Of a stretch of 64,000 nucleotides of DNA, positions 34,758 to 44,827 are shown in pieces. The notes below the pieces were generated by a model, which saw only the letters and a program-made list of their open reading frames with translations, had not been told where the DNA came from and searched no databases. Each line of letters opens with the position of its first letter. Position 1 is the first letter of the stretch. The stretch is from Polyangiaceae bacterium (GTDB lineage Bacteria; Myxococcota_A; Polyangia; Polyangiales; Polyangiaceae). Both the position numbers and the translations under genes were made by a program. The DNA is taken from NCBI GenBank assembly GCA_035063585.1, contig JAPSGB010000004.1, forward strand, positions 96,001-160,000. The letters run 5' to 3'.

Positions 34758-34863
34758 CGAGCGCATCTTAGAGCAGCCGGTGGGGGCAGGCACAAGCCGC
34801 CTGTCGGCGCCCCCGGACGGGAGCGCGCTTGACACCCTCCGGGGCGAGGGACACGAACCCTGC

Positions 34864-36798
34864 GTGTCGCGACTATTTTCGGCCGGGTTCGCGCTCCTGG
34901 TGGCGAGTCTCCTCAGCCTGACGGCGCGTGCCACGCCGCCCGGCGGGGCCGCCGACGCAGCGCGGGTCGCGCATTTGCTCGACTACATCGGGAGCGACTA
35001 CCGCGGCGCAGTCCAAGGCGGTAAGGTCATCGACGCGCGCGAGTACGACGAACAGGTTGCGCTGGCCGGTGACGCCGCAAAGCTCCTCGGCGAGCTCGTG
35101 GGCCCGTCCGGGTCGCCCGGCGACCGCACGCTCGTCGACGCGGTGGAGCAGGTGCGCGCGCTGGTCACCGCGCGCGCGCCCGAGCGCGAGGTGGCCCGGG
35201 CCAGCGCCGCGGCGCGCGCGGCCGTCGCGGCCCGCTTCGAGCTGAAGGAGAGCCCCGACGCGCCGCCCGACGAAGCGCGCGGGCGCACGCTCTACGCCGA
35301 GCGCTGCGCGAGCTGCCACGGCGCCTCCGGCCACGGCGATACCGACACCGCGCGCGCGCTCGAGCCACGCCCGGCGGATTTCCATGATCGTTCGGTCTCC
35401 GGGAGGATGTCGCCCTATCGCGTCTTTACCACCACCGAGTACGGCGTCCCGAACACCGTCATGATCCCGTTTCCGGAGCTCACCGACGCCGAGCGCTGGG
35501 ATCTCGCGTTTTGGGTCGCGTCACTCGATCACGAGCGCCCGACCACCCCCGTGCCGGAGGCACGCTTCATCACGCTCGCCGAGCTCTCGATGCGGAGCGA
35601 CGACGAGCTCCGCGCGGAGCTCACCGCCGCCGGCATCGCCGGGGCCGACGTCGAGCGCTCGCTCGCCGAGCTGCGGACACGCGCTCCCTTCGAGCCCGTA
35701 CGGGAAGGCTCGGCGCTCTCGCTCGCGCGCGCGGCGCTGCTCCGCGTGGTGCCGCTCTACCGCAGAGGTGACGCATCCGGCGCGCGCCGCCGGCTCCTCG
35801 ACGCGTACCTCGATGGCGTGGAGCCCATCGAAGCGGCGCTCCGCGCGAAGGACGCCGAGCTCACTCGAGCGCTCGAGGGCTCGTTCCAAGACGCGCGCGC
35901 CGCCATCGAGCGCCGCGCGAGCTCGGACGAGGTCGAGGCCCGCGTGAACGACATGCTCGCTCACGTCGGGCGCGCCGAACGCCTGCTCGGCAAGGACTCC
36001 GCGGGGCAATCCTTCTGGTCCGTCCTGCTGGCGGCCGCCGGGATCGCGCTCCGAGAAGGGGTCGAGGCGGCGCTCATCATCGCCGCGCTCCTCGCCGTGG
36101 TCTCGAAATCCGAGCGCCCAGAGCGTAGGCGCGTCGTGCACCTCGGCTGGATGATCGCGCTCGCGGCCGGGCTTCTCACCTGGTTCGCGTCATCGTACCT
36201 GACCCGCATCTCGGGCGCTCGGCGCGAGATGATGGAGGGAGTCACCGCGCTCCTCGCGGCCGCCGTGCTCTTCTACGTGAGTTACTGGCTGCTCGCGCAG
36301 CGTGAGGTGGCCCGCTGGATGAGCTTCCTCCGCGAGAAGGCGAGCGGCGGGCGCGCTACCTTCACGCTATTTGGCGTGGCGTTCCTCGCCGTCTACCGCG
36401 AGGCCTTCGAGACGGTGCTCTTCTTCCAAGCGATCGTGTCACAACCGGGCTCCGGGCCAGCCGCGCTCGCCGGCATCGCCGCCGGGCTCCTCGCGCTCGC
36501 GGTCATCGTGCTCGTCTACGGGCGCGCCGGAAAGCTAGCGCCGCCGCGCGCGTTCTTCACCTTCTCGAGCCTCCTACTCTACGCGCTCGCGATCATGTTC
36601 ATCGGCGAAGGCGTCTCGGCCTTGCAGACGACCGGCACCTTCCCGCTCCACCCAGCGCGGCTCCCGGCGCTCCCGGCGCTCGGCGTCTACCCCACGCTCG
36701 AGACCTACGCCGCGCAGGGGGTTCTGGTCGCAGCGGCAGCGGCGGCCTGGGTGCGGCTTCGCGCGAAACGGCGCGGCGACGCGGCCGAGAGCGGGTAG
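34864..36798 (+). CDS. FTR1-family iron permease with N-terminal cytochrome c domain (PbrT-like)
   Basis: LLDYIGSDY.GAV, EYDEQ, heme motif CASCH, and REGVE and REAFE (REXXE) motifs. Confidence 0.9.
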   Translation: MSRLFSAGFALLVASLLSLTARATPPGGAADAARVAHLLDYIGSDYRGAVQGGKVIDAREYDEQVALAGDAAKLLGELVGPSGSPGDRTLVDAVEQVRALVTARAPEREVARASAAARAAVAARFELKESPDAPPDEARGRTLYAERCASCHGASGHGDTDTARALEPRPADFHDRSVSGRMSPYRVFTTTEYGVPNTVMIPFPELTDAERWDLAFWVASLDHERPTTPVPEARFITLAELSMRSDDELRAELTAAGIAGADVERSLAELRTRAPFEPVREGSALSLARAALLRVVPLYRRGDASGARRRLLDAYLDGVEPIEAALRAKDAELTRALEGSFQDARAAIERRASSDEVEARVNDMLAHVGRAERLLGKDSAGQSFWSVLLAAAGIALREGVEAALIIAALLAVVSKSERPERRRVVHLGWMIALAAGLLTWFASSYLTRISGARREMMEGVTALLAAAVLFYVSYWLLAQREVARWMSFLREKASGGRATFTLFGVAFLAVYREAFETVLFFQAIVSQPGSGPAALAGIAAGLLALAVIVLVYGRAGKLAPPRAFFTFSSLLLYALAIMFIGEGVSALQTTGTFPLHPARLPALPALGVYPTLETYAAQGVLVAAAAAAWVRLRAKRRGDAAESG

Positions 36799-36847
36799 CG
36801 CGCGGACGTGGCGGCGCCGGGCCGGAGGCGCGCTCCGGAGCGCACCC

Positions 36848-38374
36848 TCAACGCGCGCGGAACGCGAGGCGGAACTCGTCCATCACCCTGCGCTGGCGCT
36901 CGATATAGCGCCACACCCAGAAGACGACGCCGAGCGTCGCGGCGAGGAAGACCAGCGGCGTCACCGAGCCGAGCGGAGCGCGGATGAGCGCGAACACCAT
37001 GAGGAGCCCCGCGAAGAGGTGCGCGAGCGCGGTGTGACCGTTACTCGGCGCGAGCTCGACCGCGCTCGCGGCGTGGTTCTTCTGCGCGTGAACGATCGCC
37101 CGGAGCGCGAAGGGCAAGGAGAAGAACACGACGTAAATCGTGAACGGCACGTCTCCCACGAACGGCAGGAGCCCGACGATGGCGTAAGCCGAGACGAACA
37201 CGCCGATGAGCACGTTCTTGGCCCTCCGCGCCCCGAGCCGCACGACGAGGGTGTTCTTGCCCGTCTTGGCGTCCGACTCGGCATCGGCGAACGAATTGAT
37301 GACGAGCACGTTGGCGATCAAGAGCGCGACCGGCACCGAGACAGCGAGTGCGCGCCACGAGTACTCGCCGGCCTGTACGAAGTAGGTGCCGAGCGTGATC
37401 CCGACGCCGTAGGTGGTGGCGACCATGAACTCCCCCATGCCGGGCGCGAGGTTGATGAACGAGAACCTCCCTTCCACGCCGGAATAGAAGAGCCCGGCGG
37501 CGAGCCCGTAGAGGATGAGCGGAAGGAGCCCCCATCCGCTCACCGCGACCAAGTAGGCGCCGATGACGGCGGCGACCAAGCTGAGTGAAAATCCCCAGAA
37601 GCCCATCTCGGCGCGCGAGAGGAGCCCGAGCTGGATCATGCGCGAGCCGCCGCTGAAGGGGCGGAGCGCGGAGCGATTCTCGCCGTCGCGCTCGGCGTCC
37701 TTCCAGTCGTTGATCATGTTGGTGCCGACCTGAACGAGCAGCGCGGCGGCGAGGGTGAGCGCGAAGAGGCCAACCTTCAACGTGCCGGTCGCGGCCATCG
37801 CGAGCGCGCCGCCGAGCAAGACCGACACCAGCGACGCGATGAGCGAGAGCGGTCGGGTCGCGGCGCGGTACGCGCGCGCCTTGGCAGCGAGATCGTTCCA
37901 CGGACCGGTCCGCGCTCGATTCTCGGGGAAGTCGAAGACGGTGGGCGGCTGTCCTTGGAGGATCTCGGGGACGAAGCGGTACTTCACCGTGAACGGGCGC
38001 ACCCGAATGAACTCGAGTCGATCGAGCGCGCCTTGCTTTTCCATCTGGGCGACGATCGGCGAGCGCTCCCGCAGGAGCTCGACCGCGCGATCGCGGTCGC
38101 GGTCACGCGCGATTTCCGCGCGCCCGATCACCTCGCACTCTTCCATCTCCATGAACTGGTCGCCCTGATGGATGAGGAGCGCCGTCTCGGGGACGTTCAG
38201 CCACTGGGTGATCTTGGGATCGCCCTTCATGCTGGTGAGGTAGATATCCAGCCCCTCGTCCGCCGCGAAATGCATCATGCGGAGCCGCGGCGCTCCTGCG
38301 TTCGAGGTGCCGACCGCGCCTACCTCGGCGCGCCCCAGATAGGCGAGGACCTCTTCTTTCGATCGCTGTGCCAT
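36848..38374 (-). CDS. fusion of an FMN-binding split-barrel (PNPOx-like) domain and a MenA/UbiA prenyltransferase
   Basis: N-terminal P.LRMM...IYLTS....PK..Q...P; C-terminal RPLSL, NMINDWKDAERD, GGSR and NSFADAESDAKTGKNTLVVRLG with multiple TMs. Confidence 0.82.
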   Translation of the reverse strand: MAQRSKEEVLAYLGRAEVGAVGTSNAGAPRLRMMHFAADEGLDIYLTSMKGDPKITQWLNVPETALLIHQGDQFMEMEECEVIGRAEIARDRDRDRAVELLRERSPIVAQMEKQGALDRLEFIRVRPFTVKYRFVPEILQGQPPTVFDFPENRARTGPWNDLAAKARAYRAATRPLSLIASLVSVLLGGALAMAATGTLKVGLFALTLAAALLVQVGTNMINDWKDAERDGENRSALRPFSGGSRMIQLGLLSRAEMGFWGFSLSLVAAVIGAYLVAVSGWGLLPLILYGLAAGLFYSGVEGRFSFINLAPGMGEFMVATTYGVGITLGTYFVQAGEYSWRALAVSVPVALLIANVLVINSFADAESDAKTGKNTLVVRLGARRAKNVLIGVFVSAYAIVGLLPFVGDVPFTIYVVFFSLPFALRAIVHAQKNHAASAVELAPSNGHTALAHLFAGLLMVFALIRAPLGSVTPLVFLAATLGVVFWVWRYIERQRRVMDEFRLAFRAR

Positions 38375-38506
38375 TCGTGAGCTCCGCCGCACCTTCTACC
38401 GAAGGTGCCGGGCTCTTGCAAAGCCGGCCGATGAGCCTGAAATGACCGCGCGGCCGCCGGGCGCATCGCTGCGCCTGGCGGCCGGCCACAGGGCGCTCGT
38501 TCGGGC

Positions 38507-39877
38507 TCAGGACCCGCCTTCGGCGGTGGGATCCTGGATGTGACCGACGAACAGGAGCGCGCCCGTCACCTCATCGACGATGGCGACCATGAACGGTCGG
38601 TCGAAGCGCAAGACGATCGGATCCTCGGTGGGGACGCTGGTCGAGCCCGCCGCGATGACGGCGGTCGCGGCAGCCGCTTCCACGCCCATCTCGTCGACGG
38701 CCATCATCGCCTTGTGGACCACGTCCGAGATGAAGAGCCGCTCTCCGTTCGGCGGCTCCGCGCACATGCCGAGGAAGTTCGCCGCGCCGTCGTCGAACGC
38801 CTCGGTCATCCCGGCCTCCTTCAGGATCTTGCCGAGAGACAGCGAGTCGGAGGTGAACTTGAATCGCGGCAGCGCCAGGTCCACGCGGTGATAGGCTCGA
38901 CCATCGAGCATGGCCTTGAAGGCCGCCGCGTCGAGCCCCGCCTCGAATCCCCCGAGGGTGGCCTTCGGGAGCGCCACTACGAGCGACATCGCCTCGCCCG
39001 CGAGCGGGAGCGAGATGAGCTGCGCGTGCTCGTCCTCGTAGTACCGAGACTCCTTGTCTTGCTTCATGAACTGCGCGTTCACCGAGTTGCCGCTCCCGGT
39101 CGTGAAGGAGCCTGCCTCGGTCTGGTCCTCGCTGAACGGGTTGGCCCACGGCATCTTGAGGTGCATCGCGTTCACGAGGACGAGCCGTGAGTCAGGCGTG
39201 AGCGCGCCCTCGGGGATGAGGTCATTTATCTTGTGCTTGGTCTCGGCGCTCACCCAGTCGTTGATGCGGACCCGCTCGACGTCCGGCTGGTGGATGAAAT
39301 CGGCGAGACGGACGCCCGTGCCATAGTCGACCGCGAGCGTGTCGAGGAACGGCTGCTCCCAAGAGTACGTCCCGTCACCCCAGACCGAGTTTACGATGTG
39401 AAGCCGGAAGTCGTCCGGCGACGGCGCCTCCGCGCCAGACGACATCGCCTCTTGCGCGGCGCGCTCGAGCGCGGCGGCCGCGCGCGACTCCAGCGCCTGA
39501 TCGAGCGCGTTCTGCCCGGCGTGGGCGTCGAGGCCTGCTCCGAAATGAAGCACGCTCGCCATCTGGCTCGCCGTGTCGCCGAGCGCGCCGGCGTAGGTCA
39601 TCGAGAGCGCCAGCGACACGCTGAGCGGGGAGGCCACCACGTTCCCGCCGGCGTGCTCTTCCAAGATGCGACCGTAGAGGTCGAAGGTGAAGGCGTTGTT
39701 CGCCGCGACCGTGCCCGCGAGGGTGTCGGCGGACACGCTCTCGGCCGGCGCGCGCGAGAGGTCCGAACGGGCCATGTCCGAGCCGTGGTTCGTCGATCCG
39801 GGCGTCGAGTCCGTCCCGGAGCAGGCGGCGAGTCCGAGGGCGATGAGGGTGGAGGCGGAAAAGAGGAGATTTCGCAT
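38507..39877 (-). CDS. serpin family lipoprotein
   Basis: Lipobox LAAC; NNAFTFDLY, SPLSVSLALSM.YAGA, INDWVS.ET..KI.DL, LVLVNA, LPRF, hinge DEMGVEAAAATAV and FDRPF. Confidence 0.93.
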   Translation of the reverse strand: MRNLLFSASTLIALGLAACSGTDSTPGSTNHGSDMARSDLSRAPAESVSADTLAGTVAANNAFTFDLYGRILEEHAGGNVVASPLSVSLALSMTYAGALGDTASQMASVLHFGAGLDAHAGQNALDQALESRAAAALERAAQEAMSSGAEAPSPDDFRLHIVNSVWGDGTYSWEQPFLDTLAVDYGTGVRLADFIHQPDVERVRINDWVSAETKHKINDLIPEGALTPDSRLVLVNAMHLKMPWANPFSEDQTEAGSFTTGSGNSVNAQFMKQDKESRYYEDEHAQLISLPLAGEAMSLVVALPKATLGGFEAGLDAAAFKAMLDGRAYHRVDLALPRFKFTSDSLSLGKILKEAGMTEAFDDGAANFLGMCAEPPNGERLFISDVVHKAMMAVDEMGVEAAAATAVIAAGSTSVPTEDPIVLRFDRPFMVAIVDEVTGALLFVGHIQDPTAEGGS

Positions 39878-39889
39878 CCCCGAGAGCAA

Positions 39890-39905
39890 TGCAGCGGGTG
39901 TGCCA
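39890..39905 (-). promoter_or_regulatory. sigma54 (-24/-12) promoter of the serpin gene
   Basis: Minus strand TGGCAC-ACCCG-CTGCA (GG-N10-GC), ending 12 nt before the ATG. Confidence 0.65.
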
Positions 39906-40132
39906 GGACGGTTTACCTCAGCATGGGCGCGCCTATGAGCCAGGAATCGCGCAAGTGATGTCGCCACTTGGCGCAACTTGGCACACCGGTCGCTCGTTGG
40001 CCGATGAGCTGCCGGTCCGGCGCGGCCGGCGGCGCGAGCCTCGGGCCGGCGCGGAAGACGCGGAAAATACCTCCGGCGCGCGCCGCGTCACGGGACGCCG
40101 GCCGCGCCGGACCCGCACCCCTCCACGCACCG

Positions 40133-41431
40133 CTAGGATGCGATGGCGCGCTCGACGATGGCCTCGGCAAAGCGGAGCGCGTGCCCGAGATCGAAGCAGG
40201 CGTCGAGCTCGGCTGGAGAGAGCCGCGCGGAGATGTCGGCGTCTTCCGCGAGCAACGCGCGGAAGGCGCCCTCGCCCGAGAACGCGCGCATCGCGCTCCG
40301 CTGCACGAGCTCGTAGGCGCGCTGGCGCGGGAGCCCGGTCGCGACCAGCGCGAGCATCACCGCCTCGCTGAAGAAGAGGCCGCCGGTGTGGTCGAGGTTC
40401 GCGCGCAGCCGCGCTTCATCGACGACCAGCCCCTCGACCAAGCCGGCCGCGCGCTCGAGCATGAAACCTAGGGTGGCGGTCGCGTCGGGCGCGATCATGC
40501 GCTCGACGCTCGAGTGCGAGATGTCGCGTTCGTGCCACAGGGAGACGTCTTCGAGCGCGGGGACGACGGCGGCGCGGACCACTCGGGCGAGCCCGCAGAG
40601 GTTCTCGCTGAGGATCGGGTTGCGCTTGTGCGGCATCGCGCTCGAGCCCTTCTGGCCCTTGGCGAAGCGCTCCTCGGCCTCGCCGACCTCGGTGCGCTGC
40701 CAGTGCCGGATGTTGGTGGCGAGCCGCTCGATGCCAGCGGCCAGGAGCGCGAGCGCCGAGAAGAACGCCGCGTGGCGATCGCGCGCGACGACCTGGGTCG
40801 CGACCGTCTCGGCGCGGAGGCCGAGCGCGGCGAGCGCGCGCGTCTCGAGCTCGGGCGATAGGTGGGCGTAGGTGCCGACCGCGCCCGCGATCTTGCCGAC
40901 CGCGATCTCCTCGCGCGCCGCGCGGAGCCGCGCGCGGCCGCGCTTCACCTCGGCGAGATGCCCGGCGAGCGCGACGCCGAAGGTCACCGGCTCGGCGTGG
41001 ATACCGTGAGAGCGGCCGATCATCGGCGTCATCACGTGCTCGCGCGCGCGAGCGGTGAGCGCATCGATCAGGCGGTCCGTCCGCTCGAGGAGCAAGTCCG
41101 CGGCGCGGGTCAGCAAGACCGCGAGGCTCGTGTCGAGCACGTCGCTCGAGGTCATGCCCCGGTGCAGCCAGCGCGCGGGTTCGCCGGCGAGCCCCTCGAC
41201 GTGGGTGAGGAACGCGATGACGTCGTGGCGCGTCGTCTGCTCGATGCGAAGGATCTCGGCCGGATCCAGGACGAGCGACTGGTCACGGATGCTCGAGGCG
41301 GTGCCGGCGGGGACGAGCCCGGCGGCTTCCATCGCCTCGCAGGCAGCGAGCTCGACCTCGAGCCACACCTCGAAGCGCACGCGATCGGACCAGAGTTCGG
41401 CGAAGACGGCGGGCGTGTAACGCGGGATCAT
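40133..41431 (-). CDS. purB: adenylosuccinate lyase
   Basis: [43 protein letters not shown] and [13 protein letters not shown]. Confidence 0.97.
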   Translation of the reverse strand: MIPRYTPAVFAELWSDRVRFEVWLEVELAACEAMEAAGLVPAGTASSIRDQSLVLDPAEILRIEQTTRHDVIAFLTHVEGLAGEPARWLHRGMTSSDVLDTSLAVLLTRAADLLLERTDRLIDALTARAREHVMTPMIGRSHGIHAEPVTFGVALAGHLAEVKRGRARLRAAREEIAVGKIAGAVGTYAHLSPELETRALAALGLRAETVATQVVARDRHAAFFSALALLAAGIERLATNIRHWQRTEVGEAEERFAKGQKGSSAMPHKRNPILSENLCGLARVVRAAVVPALEDVSLWHERDISHSSVERMIAPDATATLGFMLERAAGLVEGLVVDEARLRANLDHTGGLFFSEAVMLALVATGLPRQRAYELVQRSAMRAFSGEGAFRALLAEDADISARLSPAELDACFDLGHALRFAEAIVERAIAS

Positions 41432-41476
41432 GCTGGGCCGACGCCTAGCGCAGCGTCGCGCGCGCGGAAACCCTCG

Positions 41477-44400
41477 TCAGCGCCGGAGCACTTGGGTGCC
41501 GTCCGCGCCGAAGATCTCCTCCGGTACCTCGGCGCTCGCGTCGAAGCGACAGCTCATGGTGCGGTATTCGACGTCCGGCGCGCCCGGCAGCTTTCGGAAG
41601 AGCCAGGCGTGCTCGAGGTCGTCGATCGGCACGAGCGCGGTCTCGTCCTTCGCGACGGGCGGCGCCGAGGACTCGAGCGGGATCCGCTCCACGCCGAAGG
41701 CCGCCACGCACGGGTGCTCCGGGGTGCCGTGCATCACGGCGAAGTCCGTGGCGAAGAGCCGTGGCGGCTCCGAGGCGTCGCTCACCAGGATCGGGTGCCG
41801 CGTGCCCTGGAAGTAGCCCTGAATGACCCGAGGCGTGCTCACGCGCTGCGTCTTGCTGCAGCGCGGCGGCAAATCCTGGTAGTCGAGCTGAGTCGGCACC
41901 GGGATCGGCGCGCCGACCAGCGCGCCATCCGCGCGCATCGGGAACACCTGGCTCGAGCGACGGACACCGTCGGCCGTCGCTTCGACCACCTGCTGCGCGG
42001 GCGTGCCATCGGCGTAGGTGGTGAGGCGAACGGCGGATTGGTCGAACGCACGCGGGTCCTTCCGCGCGAGGCTCACCGCGTCGAACGCCCAGCCATCTCC
42101 GGAGCGCCGCGCGCGAACGAACCCGGCGTCGGCGGTCAGGAAGGGCACGAACACCCCGCCGATCCGCACCAGATCCCGATGTGACGAGCCGAGGACGGAC
42201 GGCCAGGAGACGGGCGGCACGACGGTGGTCGCATGGCCATCGGTGAAGAGGGTCGGCTGCTCGTCGCTCGGCTGAGCGCGAAGCCGCACCGCGATGCCAC
42301 CCGTCACGATGCTCATGAGCGCCGGGCGAGCTACCTGCGCGCGACCGCTGCCACGCACGTAGTCGCCCGGCGCGTAGGCGCCCCCGTCGGCGATGCGCGC
42401 GTGACCGACGCGCCCTTCGACGAGGTTCGCCCAGCCGAGCTCGACGTCGCGCAGCCGCGAGCCTCCTGGGACCGACTCGGGCACCACATAGCGGAGGGCC
42501 GCCACTCCCTCGAGCTGGTACGACATCGCCACCGCCAGGCGCTCCGGCGCGCGCGAGGGCGGCAAGAGCGACACGGCCTCGACGCGCGGGCGCGCGCCGC
42601 CGGTCGCCTCGAGGATCGCGACCGACGCGGTGTCGTCGTTCGATGCGGCCGCGAACCACGCGACGTCCGCGAGCGCGGCCTGATCGACGCTCGGCAGCCT
42701 CGCGACGCCGCGGAGGCGCTGCCATCCGCCGTCATCGGTGACACACGAGAGCGCGGTCCGGAGCCGCCGCTCGGCGAGCGGCGGTAAGAGCGGCCTCGCG
42801 GGTGGGACGACGCCCTCGTCGTCGTCGGCTTGCCCGCGCCAGCCGAGCCGGGACAGCGTGTCGCCGAGCACGCAGCCGTCGACCACGCAGGCGACGCCGA
42901 CCTCGCACCGCTCCGGCTGAGCGCAGAGCGCCGCGGGCAAGCGCCCGATGGGCGTCCAGGTGCTGCCGCCGTCGAGCGACTCCCAGCCCTCGTCCGTCCG
43001 TCGCGAGATCGAGAGCGCGCGGGTCCCCGTCGCTCCGACGAGCCGGGCGTCGTCCGGCGCGCGCGCGACCGAGAGCGTGCGCCCCTCGTCGTCGGTGACT
43101 ACCAGGGTCGTGGTGGACGAGCGCGCGAGCACGAGCGCCACGCTGCCGTCCTCGGCTGCGCGCAGCGAGACGACGCGTAGCGAGTCCGAGCTCCGCTGAT
43201 AGTGCGAGCCGTAGCGCTCGTCGGCGAAGGCGTCGGTGAGGTACTCGGGCGGGAGCCCCTCGAGGTCGCGCGCGTCGAAGCGGTGGCCGCCATCGTGAGA
43301 GACGTACACGGCGAGCGCGCCGTTCTTGGTGCGCCGGCCCACGGCGTAGAGGATTCGACCATCGACGCTCGCCGCGAGCCCGAGCGCGCTCCCCCGGAGC
43401 GCCGGGGTCGCGGCCGGCGCGAGCTCGACGACCGGCGCGCGCGGCTCCCGCTCGCCAGCGGCGGCCGGCGCGCGCACGCGACCCGCGACGGTCGACTTCG
43501 GCGTAGCCCGCGCGCGACGATGAAGCACGCCGCTCGGGCTGCAGCCGCGCGCCGGTGCCTCGGGCGTCGGTGGCGCGCAGAGCCCAGTGACGATGAGCGC
43601 GCCGCTCGCGCCCGCGGCGAGCGCCAGGCTGCCGAGCTTTGCGCGGATCGGGTACGGCTCGCGCAGGAAGTGTGCACCGCCATCCGGGCTGTGCCAGAGC
43701 GTGACGCCTTGCACGGTGTCGGCGCTGTCTGCGCTGACGCACGCGACCCAGAGCTCGGCGCCGAAGCCCGCCACGCGGACGTCGGCGCAGTCGTCGAGTA
43801 CGGGGAGCGGGCGCTCCTCGAGGCGACCAGCGAAGCGGCCCGTGACCGCGATCCACTTGCGCGCGCGTGCCGTCGGACGCGCGAGCTCCAGGTAGCGCCC
43901 GCCGACGACGATGGCGCGCCCGGCGAGCAACGCCTCGGCGTCCGGGCCACGCTCGGGCGCGACCGGCAGCTTCTCGGGGCGCTTCGGCGAGTCGGCCACC
44001 GCGGGAGAGAACGAGCCCGGCGCGCTCGGACTCCAGGTACGTTGCCCGAGCATCGAGCTGACGCGGATCGCGCCGGGCGCCCCGCGCCCGAGCTCGAGCG
44101 CACCGAAGGTCGGGGCGTCGACGCGAGCCCAGCTCGCGCCGCGATCGCGAGTCGCGTAGAGGGCCTCCGGGACCGCGAGGGCCAGGCCTGCGCCCTCGTC
44201 GAGGAGGGCGACCGCAGAAAACCGCGTCGCGACCGGCCCCACCTCGTGCCACGTGGCGGCGCCGTCTGCACTCCGCACCAGCGCGCCATCACGACGGCGC
44301 ACGCCGACGATGACGTCCCCCGCGGCGGCCGCGCGCGCGAGCGGCTCGACCGGGGAAGCGGTGCGCACGAACGCGCCCGCCGGCTCGCGCGCTTCGTAGG

Positions 44401-44749
44401 CGGTGCCGCTCTCGCCGATGAAGAGCCAGCCACCCTCGGTCTTCTGGATCGAGACCAGATCCTCGGGCGCGAGCCCGGACGCCGCTACCGCGCTCTTCGC
44501 ACGCGGATCGTAGAGCCACCGCTCACCACGGCGCCCAGCGAAGAGCACGCGGCCCCCCTCGAGCTTGGTCTTCGCGAGGAGCGGCGCGGCGGCGCGCGGG
44601 TGATACCGCCACACTGCCGGCGATGGATGAGTCGGTGGCTCACCGCTCGACGCGACGAGCGGCGGCCGGCGGCGCGCGGGACCGGACGGACCACCCGCGC
44701 AGGACGCGACGAGCCCGAGCGCGACGGCGACTCCTACCCGCGCGATCAT
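41477..44749 (-). CDS. large lipoprotein with BNR/Asp-box beta-propeller repeats
   Basis: Lipobox VASC; repeated S/T-x-D-x-G-x-T/S-W/F motifs (RSADGAATW, TRDRGASW, SPDGGAHF, SHDGGHRF, SLDGGSTW). Confidence 0.75.
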   Translation of the reverse strand: MIARVGVAVALGLVASCAGGPSGPARRRPPLVASSGEPPTHPSPAVWRYHPRAAAPLLAKTKLEGGRVLFAGRRGERWLYDPRAKSAVAASGLAPEDLVSIQKTEGGWLFIGESGTAYEAREPAGAFVRTASPVEPLARAAAAGDVIVGVRRRDGALVRSADGAATWHEVGPVATRFSAVALLDEGAGLALAVPEALYATRDRGASWARVDAPTFGALELGRGAPGAIRVSSMLGQRTWSPSAPGSFSPAVADSPKRPEKLPVAPERGPDAEALLAGRAIVVGGRYLELARPTARARKWIAVTGRFAGRLEERPLPVLDDCADVRVAGFGAELWVACVSADSADTVQGVTLWHSPDGGAHFLREPYPIRAKLGSLALAAGASGALIVTGLCAPPTPEAPARGCSPSGVLHRRARATPKSTVAGRVRAPAAAGEREPRAPVVELAPAATPALRGSALGLAASVDGRILYAVGRRTKNGALAVYVSHDGGHRFDARDLEGLPPEYLTDAFADERYGSHYQRSSDSLRVVSLRAAEDGSVALVLARSSTTTLVVTDDEGRTLSVARAPDDARLVGATGTRALSISRRTDEGWESLDGGSTWTPIGRLPAALCAQPERCEVGVACVVDGCVLGDTLSRLGWRGQADDDEGVVPPARPLLPPLAERRLRTALSCVTDDGGWQRLRGVARLPSVDQAALADVAWFAAASNDDTASVAILEATGGARPRVEAVSLLPPSRAPERLAVAMSYQLEGVAALRYVVPESVPGGSRLRDVELGWANLVEGRVGHARIADGGAYAPGDYVRGSGRAQVARPALMSIVTGGIAVRLRAQPSDEQPTLFTDGHATTVVPPVSWPSVLGSSHRDLVRIGGVFVPFLTADAGFVRARRSGDGWAFDAVSLARKDPRAFDQSAVRLTTYADGTPAQQVVEATADGVRRSSQVFPMRADGALVGAPIPVPTQLDYQDLPPRCSKTQRVSTPRVIQGYFQGTRHPILVSDASEPPRLFATDFAVMHGTPEHPCVAAFGVERIPLESSAPPVAKDETALVPIDDLEHAWLFRKLPGAPDVEYRTMSCRFDASAEVPEEIFGADGTQVLRR

Positions 44750-44827
44750 TCGCCGGCCATCTTAGCGCCGCCCTCGCGAGGCGGCACCCGCCCCGCGTGA
44801 GCGTGACGGGTACGACCACGCTCGCGG

